Position numbers and translations under genes: made by a program. DNA of 64,000 nt, taken from contig CAXXIN010000007.1 in assembly GCA_963665275.2 (NCBI GenBank), forward strand, positions 128,001 to 192,000, written 5' to 3'. A model generated the notes under the pieces. It searched no databases. It saw only the letters and a program-made list of their open reading frames with translations, and was not told the origin of the DNA. The first letter of the stretch is position 1. The number at the start of each line of letters is the position of its first letter. The stretch comes from Negativicutes bacterium (lineage in GTDB: Bacteria; Bacillota; Negativicutes; UBA1444). Shown here one piece after another: positions 51,030 through 61,745 of the stretch.

Positions 51030-52001
51030 TTATTTGTTTTTTTCTCCGGCACTGGCGGCAGGACCCGGCGGAGCAATGAACAGACGCTCCACCACTTTGC
51101 GGGTCTCACTTTGGTCAGGCGCCCAGTAACTGACGCCGCCGATGTTGGCAAAATTGCCCGGAATCATGTCGGACTGGATTTTATTGTTCTTCAGGGATGG
51201 GATGGCAACGAAGACCTGTTGGATCGTCCACGGCGTCATATTGGTCTGGACACTCTCGCCAATGATTTTCATGATTTGCGGCAGGCGGATGAGGTTGACC
51301 GGACGAATCGCCTGGGTTGCCAGAGCCTTCAAAAACTTCTGCTGTCGCCCGACACGGCCGATATCTCCCATCTCATCATGGCGGAACCGGACATATTCAC
51401 CGGCCTGTTGGCCGTTCAGATGCTGAAAGCCTTTCTTCAGATGGATCTTCAGATTCGCATACGGATCTTCATAGTTCATGTCGGCATCAACGTTCAGATC
51501 AACGCCGCCCAATGCGTCCACGATGCGTATGAACCCTTTCCAATCTGCAACCACGTAATAGTGGACCGGGATTTTAAGAAAATCCTGAATGGTTGCGATC
51601 GTCAAATCGACACCGCCATAGGCAAACGAATGGCCAAACTTATCGTTGGAACTGTGGCCGGGAATCGCTACGCGGGTATCGCGGGGAATGGATAGCAGGC
51701 TGACAGCTCCAGACCCTTTGTGAATTCCCATGAGCAGCATCGAGTCGGATCGGTGGTCACCACTCTTCAGGTCGGTCGTCTCGCCGTCATCGACACCCAC
51801 CAGCAGGATGTTGATGCGGTTACCGGATTCGCCAGGTCCCCAGGCGCTGCCGTAAAGCGCCAGATTTCTCCCCAGCAGTGCGGAGGCGGCCAAAGAGATC
51901 ACAACAAACAAAAACAGCAGAACCTTGGGCCACAGCCGCGTTTTGCGGACCGGCTTGCAATCCTCCGTCTGCAGTTGTTTATTTCTCTGTTCACTTTTCA
52001 T
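51030..52001 (-). CDS. LCP-family cell-wall transferase
   Basis: RSDSM, SIPRDT, RFRH, GDIGRVGRQQ. Confidence 0.93.
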   Translation of the reverse strand: MKSEQRNKQLQTEDCKPVRKTRLWPKVLLFLFVVISLAASALLGRNLALYGSAWGPGESGNRINILLVGVDDGETTDLKSGDHRSDSMLLMGIHKGSGAVSLLSIPRDTRVAIPGHSSNDKFGHSFAYGGVDLTIATIQDFLKIPVHYYVVADWKGFIRIVDALGGVDLNVDADMNYEDPYANLKIHLKKGFQHLNGQQAGEYVRFRHDEMGDIGRVGRQQKFLKALATQAIRPVNLIRLPQIMKIIGESVQTNMTPWTIQQVFVAIPSLKNNKIQSDMIPGNFANIGGVSYWAPDQSETRKVVERLFIAPPGPAASAGEKNK

Positions 52002-52575
52002 TACGTTTTGCTTTCATCTCCATCAACAGGAAATTGCGGCCGTCAACCGTATCGGGATGCAACAGGCCGCCGCCATCGAGCACAAACCGGATTCCCTGGT
52101 CAAAAGCCGCCAAAACAGCCGCATCGAGATCTTTCTCCGCCAGCTCTCGAATCAGTTGTACGCCGACATAATTCCGCCCCGGTTCAATACTGTCAGCGAG
52201 ATAAATTATTTTATCCAGCGCCGTCATCTGCGCAGCCCCTGTTGTATGGTTGCTGATCGCCTGCAAAACTGAAGGATCCTTGATGCCAAAACGTCGTTCG
52301 GCCAGATGTGCGCCAAGTTTCGCATGAATCAAAGCGCTTTGGCGAAGTTCGATTTCACTTGGAACCAAGCCATACTCTTTAGCGCACGACAAAAGAGCTT
52401 CCCCCTTGAGGTTTCGCGCGCAATCATGCAGGATTCCAGCCAGTCGCGCCTTTTCGATATCGGCTCCCCAGCGCTCAGCGAGCCGAACTGCAGTCCGGCT
52501 CACCTCGCGGCTATGGCGAAAACGCGCCGGCCGCAGTTCTTTTGCGAGAATTACAAGAATTTCATGATACTCCAT
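51991..52575 (-). CDS. yqeK: Ap4A hydrolase, HD family
   Basis: RFRHS, LHDCA, HTTG, YLADSIEP; follows nadD. Confidence 0.93.
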   Translation of the reverse strand: MEYHEILVILAKELRPARFRHSREVSRTAVRLAERWGADIEKARLAGILHDCARNLKGEALLSCAKEYGLVPSEIELRQSALIHAKLGAHLAERRFGIKDPSVLQAISNHTTGAAQMTALDKIIYLADSIEPGRNYVGVQLIRELAEKDLDAAVLAAFDQGIRFVLDGGGLLHPDTVDGRNFLLMEMKAKRNEK

Positions 52576-52578
52576 CGT

Positions 52579-53199
52579 TTATTTCAGGTACAGTCCTTCC
52601 TTATGAATATAGTGCTCGACGCTTTCCGGCACAAAGTAACGGATGGATTTTCCCAGCCCGACCCGCTCACGGATATCCGTAGAGGATATTTCCAGTTCTG
52701 GAGTCGCCAGGCGATGAATCCGTGCTTCGGCCTTGGGCCCCAGCCGTTCAATTTCTTCCGCGATGCTGCGAACCTTCCCGGGTCGGGACGCTGCGACAAA
52801 GTGGCATAAATCCAACAATTCATTGATGTTGTTCCACGTGTGGAGCTCCAGCACCGCATCCGTACCGGTCAGAAAATAGAACTCGGTATCCGGCCCATAT
52901 TCCGCCGCCAATGCCCGCACCGTATCAATGGTGAAGGAAGGTCCGGGACGATCTCGTTCAATCGGTGATACAAAGAAATATGGGTTGGAATAGGTGGCCA
53001 TCATGGTCATAATATACCGGTCAATCGCCGGAGTGATAGACATACTTGGTTTGTGGGGCGACGTTCCTGTGGGAATGAACAGAACCTTGGTCAGCTCATA
53101 TTCCATCCGGACGGATTCCGCCATTACCAGATGTCCCATGTGGATGGGATCGAACGTCCCACCCATGATGCCGATTTTTTGCCGATTTCCGGCCATCAT
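52579..53199 (-). CDS. nadD: Nicotinate-nucleotide adenylyltransferase
   Basis: GGTFDPIHMGH, ISSTDIR. Confidence 0.97.
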   Translation of the reverse strand: MMAGNRQKIGIMGGTFDPIHMGHLVMAESVRMEYELTKVLFIPTGTSPHKPSMSITPAIDRYIMTMMATYSNPYFFVSPIERDRPGPSFTIDTVRALAAEYGPDTEFYFLTGTDAVLELHTWNNINELLDLCHFVAASRPGKVRSIAEEIERLGPKAEARIHRLATPELEISSTDIRERVGLGKSIRYFVPESVEHYIHKEGLYLK

Positions 53200-53276
53200 T
53201 GCATCTCCCTGTCCCTAAAATTCGTACACATGCGTCTTATTATACCAAATTTGGCGGGAGATTCAATTCATTCGGC

Positions 53277-54491
53277 TCATTCATACCGCAGCGCGTCAAT
53301 TGGATCAAGCTTTGCGGCTTTTCTGGCGGGGTATAGTCCAAACACGATCCCGATTAGGACGGAAAAGCCAAAGGCGATGACGATCGTCAGAACCGAAATC
53401 AACGTGGCCCATCCGAAGATCGCCGAGATCGCGTAAGAGGAACCAAGTCCCACCACGATGCCGAGCAGTCCGCCGGTCACACCGATGACGATCGCTTCGA
53501 TCAGAAATTGGAGCAGTATATTGGAGAATGTCGCGCCCAATGCTTTGCGGATGCCGATTTCCCGGGTACGCTCCGTCACTGAAACCAACATGATGTTCAT
53601 AATGCCGATGCCGCCGACCAAGAGTGAAATAGCAGCCGTATTTCCGAGCAGCAACGTGATGGTGCCTGTCGTTTCAGCCGCCGTAGCCATGATCGCCGTA
53701 AGGTTTCGTACGGTAAAATCATCATCCACTCCAGGCGGCAGACGATGCCGCGAACGGAGCAGGGTAGAGATGTCCCTCTGCACCTGGTCGATGACTTCCG
53801 GGCTTTCCGCCTGTACGCTGATGGATTGGATGTAGGTAACGCCGAGCATCCGTTCCTGAGCTGTTGTCAGGGGAACGATGATCAGATCGTCCTGGTCCTG
53901 GCCGCCGGCGGACTGCCCCTTTGGCGCCAATGTGCCAATCACGCGGAAAGTCGATTTATTGATGCGAATGGTTTGTCCGATCGGGTTCATGTCGCCAAAC
54001 AGATTGTCGGCTACCGTTTTACCGAGAACGGCAACCCGATCGCGCGCATCGAGATTGCGCTGGGTAATGAACGAACCGTCTCCCAGCTCAAAATTGCGGA
54101 CCGTCAGAAAATCAGGCGTCGTTCCCTGCATCTGCGTAATCCAGTTCTTACCGCTGAACACTGCCTGATACTGCCGTTGGACTGTCGGCGCAACCGCATT
54201 CACGCCGCTGATTTCCCGGGCAATCATCTGGGCATCCATATAGGTAAGGGTCGATGTTGAGCCAGCCGCCACACGCACCCCCGAAGGAGCCGTAGAGCCA
54301 GGCATAACGATCAGCAGGTTGCTGCCCAATCCCGCAATGGATTTTTCCACTTTATCGCGCACGCCCATCCCGATGGAAACCATGGCAATGACCGCTCCAA
54401 CTCCAATGATGATGCCGAGCATGGTGAGGAGCGACCGCATCTTGTTGGCCCGTAGCCCTTCAAGGGCAATGACTACGCTTTCCCAGAACAA
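53277..54491 (-). CDS. MacB/FtsX-type ABC permease
   Basis: [34 protein letters not shown]. Confidence 0.95.
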   Translation of the reverse strand: MFWESVVIALEGLRANKMRSLLTMLGIIIGVGAVIAMVSIGMGVRDKVEKSIAGLGSNLLIVMPGSTAPSGVRVAAGSTSTLTYMDAQMIAREISGVNAVAPTVQRQYQAVFSGKNWITQMQGTTPDFLTVRNFELGDGSFITQRNLDARDRVAVLGKTVADNLFGDMNPIGQTIRINKSTFRVIGTLAPKGQSAGGQDQDDLIIVPLTTAQERMLGVTYIQSISVQAESPEVIDQVQRDISTLLRSRHRLPPGVDDDFTVRNLTAIMATAAETTGTITLLLGNTAAISLLVGGIGIMNIMLVSVTERTREIGIRKALGATFSNILLQFLIEAIVIGVTGGLLGIVVGLGSSYAISAIFGWATLISVLTIVIAFGFSVLIGIVFGLYPARKAAKLDPIDALRYE

Positions 54492-55180
54492 GTGCTCTCC
54501 CTCCTCTCGTCACTGACAATCTTCCCGTCCCGGAAATGGACGATCCGCCTAGTGTAGGCGGCGATATCCGGTTCATGGGTTACCAGCACGACAGTCCGTC
54601 CTTGCTGATTCAATTCGCAAAAAATAGCCATGATCTCGTCACCGGATTTGGTATCCAGATTCCCGGTGGGTTCATCCGCCAGAATAATGGTGGGTTCGTT
54701 GACGAGCGAACGGGCGATGGCCACGCGCTGCCGCTGGCCGCCCGAAAGCTCATTCGGCTTGTGATGGATACGATCGCCCAGGCCGACACGTTCCAGCGCC
54801 AACTGCGCCTTCGCCAGTCGCTCTTTCCGTTCAACTCCGGCATAGGTCATGGGCAGCGCCACATTTTGCAACGCCGACATACGGGACAACAGATTGAAAT
54901 TTTGAAACACAAAACCGATTTTTTTATTCCGGGTGATGGCCAGCTGGTCATCGTTCAGCGTTGCCACTTCAGCGCCATCCAGCAGGTAGGACCCGCTCGT
55001 AGGACGGTCAAGGCACCCGAGAATATTCATCAACGTCGATTTTCCTGATCCTGACGGGCCCATGATCGCTGTAAATTCTCCGGTTTCGATGGCGAGATCG
55101 ATGCCGGCCAGAGCACGAACTTCCGTATCACCCATCCAGTAGGTTTTTACCACATCTTTTAATGTAATGGATTCACTCAT
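54473..55180 (-). CDS. ABC ATP-binding protein (MacB/LolD type)
   Basis: [26 protein letters not shown]. Confidence 0.95.
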   Translation of the reverse strand: MSESITLKDVVKTYWMGDTEVRALAGIDLAIETGEFTAIMGPSGSGKSTLMNILGCLDRPTSGSYLLDGAEVATLNDDQLAITRNKKIGFVFQNFNLLSRMSALQNVALPMTYAGVERKERLAKAQLALERVGLGDRIHHKPNELSGGQRQRVAIARSLVNEPTIILADEPTGNLDTKSGDEIMAIFCELNQQGRTVVLVTHEPDIAAYTRRIVHFRDGKIVSDERRESTCSGKA

Positions 55181-55197
55181 CGCATCCACCACACCCT

Positions 55198-56289
55198 TTA
55201 TCGGGTCGGCGCGCGGAATATGTTCGCACCGCCGCCAGGGCCGCCTGCCGCCGGTGTCTTTGCCTGCGGTAGAATGATCGTGTCACCCGCCTTCAGTCCG
55301 CTGGTGACTTCAATCTTGTCGTCACCGGTTATCCCAGTGGTCACTTTAACTGACTGAGGCTGACCGTCGGCGCCCATGACCTGGACGAAACGCTGCCCTT
55401 TGTTGTCTTTGATGGCTACCACCGGGATCACCACGACATCTTTGCGTTCACCGACATGAACCGACACCCGGGCGGTCATGGTCGGTCTCAGCAAACCTTC
55501 CGCCGAGTGTACGTCAACGTAAACAGTGTAGTAAACAACGTTCTGCTGGATATTGGCTTTATTCGAAATGATGGACACGACGCCCTCAAAAGTTTTGTTC
55601 GGGTAAGCATCGACCGTAAAGGAAACTTTTTGCCCCAGTTTCAACTGTCCGATATCGGATTCGTCGATCAGCGCCTGAATCTGCATGGTTTTCAGATCCG
55701 CCACCGTTAAGAGAACCATCGGGTTGGAAATCCCCGGCGCCACTGTCTGGCCTGCCGGGATCGGTTTGCCGATGACTTGGCCGGTGATTGGCGCCCGGAT
55801 GATCGTATCATCCAGACTGGAAGAAATATCTACATACGCCGCTTTGGCGACTTCATAATTTGTCCGGTCCGTATCAAGCTGCTGCGTGGGAACGGCTCCG
55901 ACTTTTTCCAGCTGTACCGTTCTCTCATAAGTGGCTTGCGCGTTGTTCAGTCTGGCTTTGGACTGAGCGGCCTGAGCCTGCAGCTGCCTGTCATCCAGAA
56001 CGATGATCACCTGGTTGGCTTGTACGATGTCATTTTCATTGACACGGACCTCCACGATGCGGCCCGTGATCTTGGAACTGACATCAACATTATTCACAGG
56101 CGTAAGGGTCCCTGTCGCCGACACTGTAGAAACAATGTCTCCGCGCTCCACTTTGTACGGACGCCCGGTTGCGACGGGCTTGTTCTGCTGTTGCACATAT
56201 CCATAAGCGTAATATCCGCCCACTGCAACCACTAGGAGCAGCATCAGCCACCATTTGAATTTTTTCAGTACACTTAGGATATTTTGCAT
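55198..56289 (-). CDS. Efflux membrane-fusion adaptor (MacA-like)
   Basis: N-terminal transmembrane segment, V.SKITG, IRAPITG, DESDIG. Confidence 0.92.
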   Translation of the reverse strand: MQNILSVLKKFKWWLMLLLVVAVGGYYAYGYVQQQNKPVATGRPYKVERGDIVSTVSATGTLTPVNNVDVSSKITGRIVEVRVNENDIVQANQVIIVLDDRQLQAQAAQSKARLNNAQATYERTVQLEKVGAVPTQQLDTDRTNYEVAKAAYVDISSSLDDTIIRAPITGQVIGKPIPAGQTVAPGISNPMVLLTVADLKTMQIQALIDESDIGQLKLGQKVSFTVDAYPNKTFEGVVSIISNKANIQQNVVYYTVYVDVHSAEGLLRPTMTARVSVHVGERKDVVVIPVVAIKDNKGQRFVQVMGADGQPQSVKVTTGITGDDKIEVTSGLKAGDTIILPQAKTPAAGGPGGGANIFRAPTR

Positions 56290-56388
56290 AAACAGACCCC
56301 CCAATTGTCTTTGTTTCAGCTTTAGTATAGACCGAAAGCATGAAACACCTGTGACAAATCTATGAACTATTTGTGAACTATAGCTATT

Positions 56389-57654
56389 TTATGAGCGGAT
56401 CTGCCCGTTTCCGTCAATCAGGTACTTGATCGAGGTCATTTCCACCAGTCCCATCGGGCCCCTGGCATGCAATTTTTGTGTACTGATGCCGATTTCCGCG
56501 CCGAAACCGAATTCAAACCCATCGGTAAACCGTGTTGAAGCGTTAACATAAACGGCCGCCGCATCCACCATCTGCTGGAAACGACGGGCATTGGCGTAAT
56601 CACGGGTAACGATGGCTTCCGAATGCCGGGTGCTGAAACGGTCGATATGTTCGAGGGCTTCGTCCAGGCTCCCGACCACTTTCACCGACAGGATAAAGTC
56701 CAGGTATTCCGTGGCCCAATCTGCTTCTGTGGCCGGCTTCACGGCCGGATGCTGCGCCACCGTCTCGGGGCAACCCCGCAGCTCGACTCCAGCGCTGACG
56801 TAACGTTCAAGCAACAGCGGCAACAAACTGCCGACTACAGATCTGTGAACCAACAGCGTTTCCATGGAGTTGCACACTCCGGGACGGGAGACCTTGGCGT
56901 TGAAGGCAATATCCGCCGCCATCTCCAAATCGGCCGATTCATCCACAAAGGTATGACAAATGCCGATGCCGGTCTCGATCACCGGCACCGTGCTATTTTC
57001 AACGACAGTTCGAATGAGTCCGGCGCCGCCCCTGGGAATGATGACATCGATATAACGGTTCATTTTCAACATAATATTGACGGCCTCACGGTCAGTCGTT
57101 TCGATGAGCGCGAGGAAGCCCTCCGGAATTCCGGCTGCGCGTCCCGCCTGGACGAGAATATCCGCCAGCACTTTGTTGGATTCGATGGCTTCCGATCCAC
57201 CGCGCAGGAGCACTGCATTGCCTGTTTTCAGGCACAATCCGGCGGCATCGACAGTCACATTGGGCCTGGCTTCGTAGATGATGGCGATAACGCCAAAGGG
57301 GACCCGGACTTTTCGGATGTCGAGGCCATTGGGCCTTTTGCAGCCGCCGAGGCACTCACCGATCGGGTCCGGCAGCGCCGCTACCTGGCGGAGCCCTTCC
57401 GCCATCGCTACGATGCGTTCCGGCGTGAGACTCAGTCGGTCGATGAGCGCCGCCGACAATCCTTTGGTTTTTCCTGCTTCGACATCAATGGAGTTGGCGG
57501 CGAGAATCTGCGCCTGCGCCGATTCCAAATAGTCCGCCATCCCACGCAGTGCGTTATTTTTATCCGCGGTTGACAAGACAGCCAACCGACGGGCTGCCGC
57601 TTTAGCTCGCCCGCCCATGATTTCAAGTTCCGTTTTCAATTCCACACCGTTCAC
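56389..57654 (-). CDS. proA: Glutamate-5-semialdehyde dehydrogenase
   Basis: YEARPNVT, CNSMETLL, GAEIGISTQKLHARGP. Confidence 0.97.
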   Translation of the reverse strand: MNGVELKTELEIMGGRAKAAARRLAVLSTADKNNALRGMADYLESAQAQILAANSIDVEAGKTKGLSAALIDRLSLTPERIVAMAEGLRQVAALPDPIGECLGGCKRPNGLDIRKVRVPFGVIAIIYEARPNVTVDAAGLCLKTGNAVLLRGGSEAIESNKVLADILVQAGRAAGIPEGFLALIETTDREAVNIMLKMNRYIDVIIPRGGAGLIRTVVENSTVPVIETGIGICHTFVDESADLEMAADIAFNAKVSRPGVCNSMETLLVHRSVVGSLLPLLLERYVSAGVELRGCPETVAQHPAVKPATEADWATEYLDFILSVKVVGSLDEALEHIDRFSTRHSEAIVTRDYANARRFQQMVDAAAVYVNASTRFTDGFEFGFGAEIGISTQKLHARGPMGLVEMTSIKYLIDGNGQIRS

Positions 57655-57663
57655 CCCATCCGT

Positions 57664-58074
57664 CTATTTTTTGAAGGAGTTATAGATTTCCTGATAGTCC
57701 GGAGTGGGCGGGATCGCTTTGTAGAGATAAATGTGGACGCCGTTCGGATCATTGATCACGAAGCTCCGTTCACCCCATGGCTTGTCCTTGAGTTCTTCGC
57801 AGATCATGACGCCGAGGGCATTCAAGCGATCGTATTCCGCATCGACATCTTCCACTTCGAACGACAGGATCATGCCTTTGCCAGTGAATTTTTCCCCTGC
57901 CGACAAATCCGGCATGACGAAACTGACCCCCATCGTCGTGCTGCCTTCGGCCAGTAGTTCAATGTACCAGTCATTTTCGAACACCAGCTGAAAACCCAGG
58001 TATTCCATGTAGAATTCTTTCGACTGTTCTAGTTTATTGGTGCTGATGGTCAGATCCATTCTTCTTGTTAGCAT
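57664..58074 (-). CDS. VOC/glyoxalase-family protein
   Basis: FY...LGF, FEVEDVD, PWGERSF...DPNG. Confidence 0.9.
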   Translation of the reverse strand: MLTRRMDLTISTNKLEQSKEFYMEYLGFQLVFENDWYIELLAEGSTTMGVSFVMPDLSAGEKFTGKGMILSFEVEDVDAEYDRLNALGVMICEELKDKPWGERSFVINDPNGVHIYLYKAIPPTPDYQEIYNSFKK

Positions 58075-58076
58075 CT

Positions 58077-59222
58077 CTATTCCTCCGTTTCGTGTCGGCT
58101 CAACAGGACCATATTATCCCGGTGCACGACCTCATCGTAGGGCTTGTGCCCTAAAATTTCTGTGATTTCCTGGGTGTGAACTCCCTTGATCTTCCGAGTA
58201 TCGCGCGAACTATAGTTGCTCAGACCCCGGGCAATCTCCCAGCCATCCTGATTCAGAATGCTGATGGTGTTTCCCTGCTCAAAACTTCCCTCGACAGCCT
58301 GGATTCCTGCCGCCAGCAAGCTAGAGCCGTTTTTCAGCAACGCATGCGCACAACCTTTATCAACCGTCAGACGGCCCCGAATCCGGGCGCCGAATGCCAA
58401 CCAGCGTTTGCGGAAACGCAGACGGGTCTGCGTGGGAGGGAACAGAGTCCCCACCATTTCCCCGCCCAGTACCGATTGCACTACGCCATCACGGGCGCCC
58501 GAGGCAATGACCATCACGATACCGGAGTTCATCGCCATACGAGCCGCCGCCATTTTGGTGAACATGCCGCCGGTACCGCGCAGCGTCCCTGCTCCACCGC
58601 AAATCGCCTCGATCTCGGGTGTGACTTCGTCGATTTCCTGAAGCAGCTTGGCCGTGGGATCGGTTTGCGGGTTGGCCGAGTACACCCCTTCAACATCCGA
58701 GAGAATGATCAGCACATCCGCATCGACAATCGCCGCAACATTGGCTGACAACGTATCATTGTCTCCGATTTTCAGTTCGTCGATGGCAACGGCATCATTC
58801 TCATTGATGATCGGGATGACACCGATATCGAGCAGCTTCAGCAGGGTGTTGCGCGAGTTGGCGTAGCGCCGGCGGTTGACCGAATCTTCCCGTGTCAGCA
58901 GCACCTGCGCCACGACCTGCCCATATTCGCCGAACAGCTTCTCATAAGTATGCATCAGGATGCCCTGCCCAACAGCCGCAGCCGCCTGTTTCTCAGGGAT
59001 CGTCTTCGGTTTTTCCTTCCAGCCCAGCCGATCCATCCCGGCGCCTACCGCGCCTGAGCTGACCAGTATGATCTGTTTTCCTGAATTGACCGCGTTCGCC
59101 AGCTCGCGAACCAGCCCTTCAATGCGGGCATAATTCAGTTTTCCATTGGCATGAGTTAGAGTACTGGTCCCTACCTTCACTACAATCCGGTGAACCGCCT
59201 GTAGCTGACTCCTGTCGAACAT
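58077..59222 (-). CDS. proB: Glutamate 5-kinase with PUA domain
   Basis: VKVGTSTL, NENDAV, GDNDTLS, GTGGM.TK. Confidence 0.97.
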   Translation of the reverse strand: MFDRSQLQAVHRIVVKVGTSTLTHANGKLNYARIEGLVRELANAVNSGKQIILVSSGAVGAGMDRLGWKEKPKTIPEKQAAAAVGQGILMHTYEKLFGEYGQVVAQVLLTREDSVNRRRYANSRNTLLKLLDIGVIPIINENDAVAIDELKIGDNDTLSANVAAIVDADVLIILSDVEGVYSANPQTDPTAKLLQEIDEVTPEIEAICGGAGTLRGTGGMFTKMAAARMAMNSGIVMVIASGARDGVVQSVLGGEMVGTLFPPTQTRLRFRKRWLAFGARIRGRLTVDKGCAHALLKNGSSLLAAGIQAVEGSFEQGNTISILNQDGWEIARGLSNYSSRDTRKIKGVHTQEITEILGHKPYDEVVHRDNMVLLSRHETEE

Positions 59223-59239
59223 TGGCGCCGTTCCCCCTG

Positions 59240-60532
<1,293 letters not shown>

Positions 60533-60585
60533 CTATACCCATATTATACTTCGCCTTCGACTGGGAAATTCCTGTATACTGCAAC

Positions 60586-60614
60586 AAATCCCACGGTAGA
60601 AAACCGTGGGATTC
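60586..60614 (-). terminator. Stem-loop after rpmA
   Basis: AATCCCACGGT-agaaa-ACCGTGGGATT. Confidence 0.65.
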
Positions 60615-60668
60615 ATTGCAATATATATATAGCTATATATTTCTCTTACAATTAAATCAGTGATTTAT

Positions 60669-60974
60669 CTACTGCGCCTGCTCGGCGAGTACTTGTTCAG
60701 CCGGATAAATGCTGATCTGGCGCAGATAGCGACCTTTCCGCTCGAAAGCTACCTTGCCGGTAACTTTCGCGAACAGAGTGTGATCACTGCCCATACCTAC
60801 ATTACGTCCCGGATGAAAATGCGTGCCGCGTTGACGAACCAGAATGCTTCCGGCAGGCACTAGCTTGCCATCCGGCTCTTTGGTTCCGAGGCGCTGCGAG
60901 TGGCTGTCCCGACCGTTACGGGAGCTGCCGACCCCTTTTTTATGTGCAAACCGTTGAAGATCAAACAAAAACAT
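60669..60974 (-). CDS. rpmA: 50S ribosomal protein L27 with Prp-cleaved N-extension
   Basis: MFLFDLQRF|[15 protein letters not shown]. Confidence 0.98.
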   Translation of the reverse strand: MFLFDLQRFAHKKGVGSSRNGRDSHSQRLGTKEPDGKLVPAGSILVRQRGTHFHPGRNVGMGSDHTLFAKVTGKVAFERKGRYLRQISIYPAEQVLAEQAQ

Positions 60975-60991
60975 CGGTGTCACCTCCTACA

Positions 60992-61300
60992 TTACAGAAT
61001 CCGGAGTCTGTCCGGATATATTTTTTGAATTTCCGTTAGCCCGAGTACCAGAGTAGCAAGGATCGCTTCCGTGAGATCATCGGGCGCTTCTGTCAATCGA
61101 ACCGAAATGTCGCCGCTATCGGCGTTCCACTCCAGCGATCGGTGCAGATGCCTGTCCAATCCCAGAAAGACCGAGTCGGTAAGAACCGATACCGCCGCAC
61201 AGACGATATCTTTGCCCCTAGGTCCTGCTCCCGCATGACCTTTCGCCTCAAATCCCTGAATAAGCCCCCTGGAATCCCGTTCGATTCTGACCCGGATCAT
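60992..61300 (-). CDS. prp: Ribosomal-processing cysteine protease
   Basis: GHA...G.DIVCAAVS; between rplU and rpmA. Confidence 0.95.
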   Translation of the reverse strand: MIRVRIERDSRGLIQGFEAKGHAGAGPRGKDIVCAAVSVLTDSVFLGLDRHLHRSLEWNADSGDISVRLTEAPDDLTEAILATLVLGLTEIQKIYPDRLRIL

Positions 61301-61302
61301 GC

Positions 61303-61614
61303 TTATGCTTCGATTTTTTCAATCGTAACTTTCGTATACGGTTGACGATGACCCTGCTTACGACGATAGTTGGCTTTGGACTTGTACTTGTAAACAATGA
61401 TCTTCTTGTCCTTGCCCTGTTTCATGACTTTGCCGGTCACCTTGGCGCCTTCTACGAACGGAGCGCCAATTTTGACATCCCCCTCCGAAACAACGGTCAA
61501 CACATCGGTGAACACCAATGAGTCTTCCACTTCGCCCGCAAGTTTCTCGACGAAAATCACATCGCCTTCGGACACCCGATACTGTTTGCCACCTGTTTTA
61601 ATTACTGCGTACAT
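61303..61614 (-). CDS. rplU: 50S ribosomal protein L21
   Basis: [19 protein letters not shown]. Confidence 0.98.
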   Translation of the reverse strand: MYAVIKTGGKQYRVSEGDVIFVEKLAGEVEDSLVFTDVLTVVSEGDVKIGAPFVEGAKVTGKVMKQGKDKKIIVYKYKSKANYRRKQGHRQPYTKVTIEKIEA

Positions 61615-61635
61615 CTTTGCACCTCCTTATTCATT

Positions 61636-61710
61636 GGACTCGCCGGATACGGTACCGCCGAGGCGGATTTGAAACCTCTCCGTGCGGTTCGGAAACCACT
61701 GCGGACAAAG
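61636..61710 (-). ncRNA. L21 leader RNA
   Basis: AACCGCAC...AGGT...CCT...GGCGAGTC ahead of the rplU SD; promoter TTGACA-17-TAATAT at 61749-61721. Confidence 0.75.
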
Positions 61711-61745
61711 CCGCATAAGAATATTAGCACAGCCAGCCGTCAATG

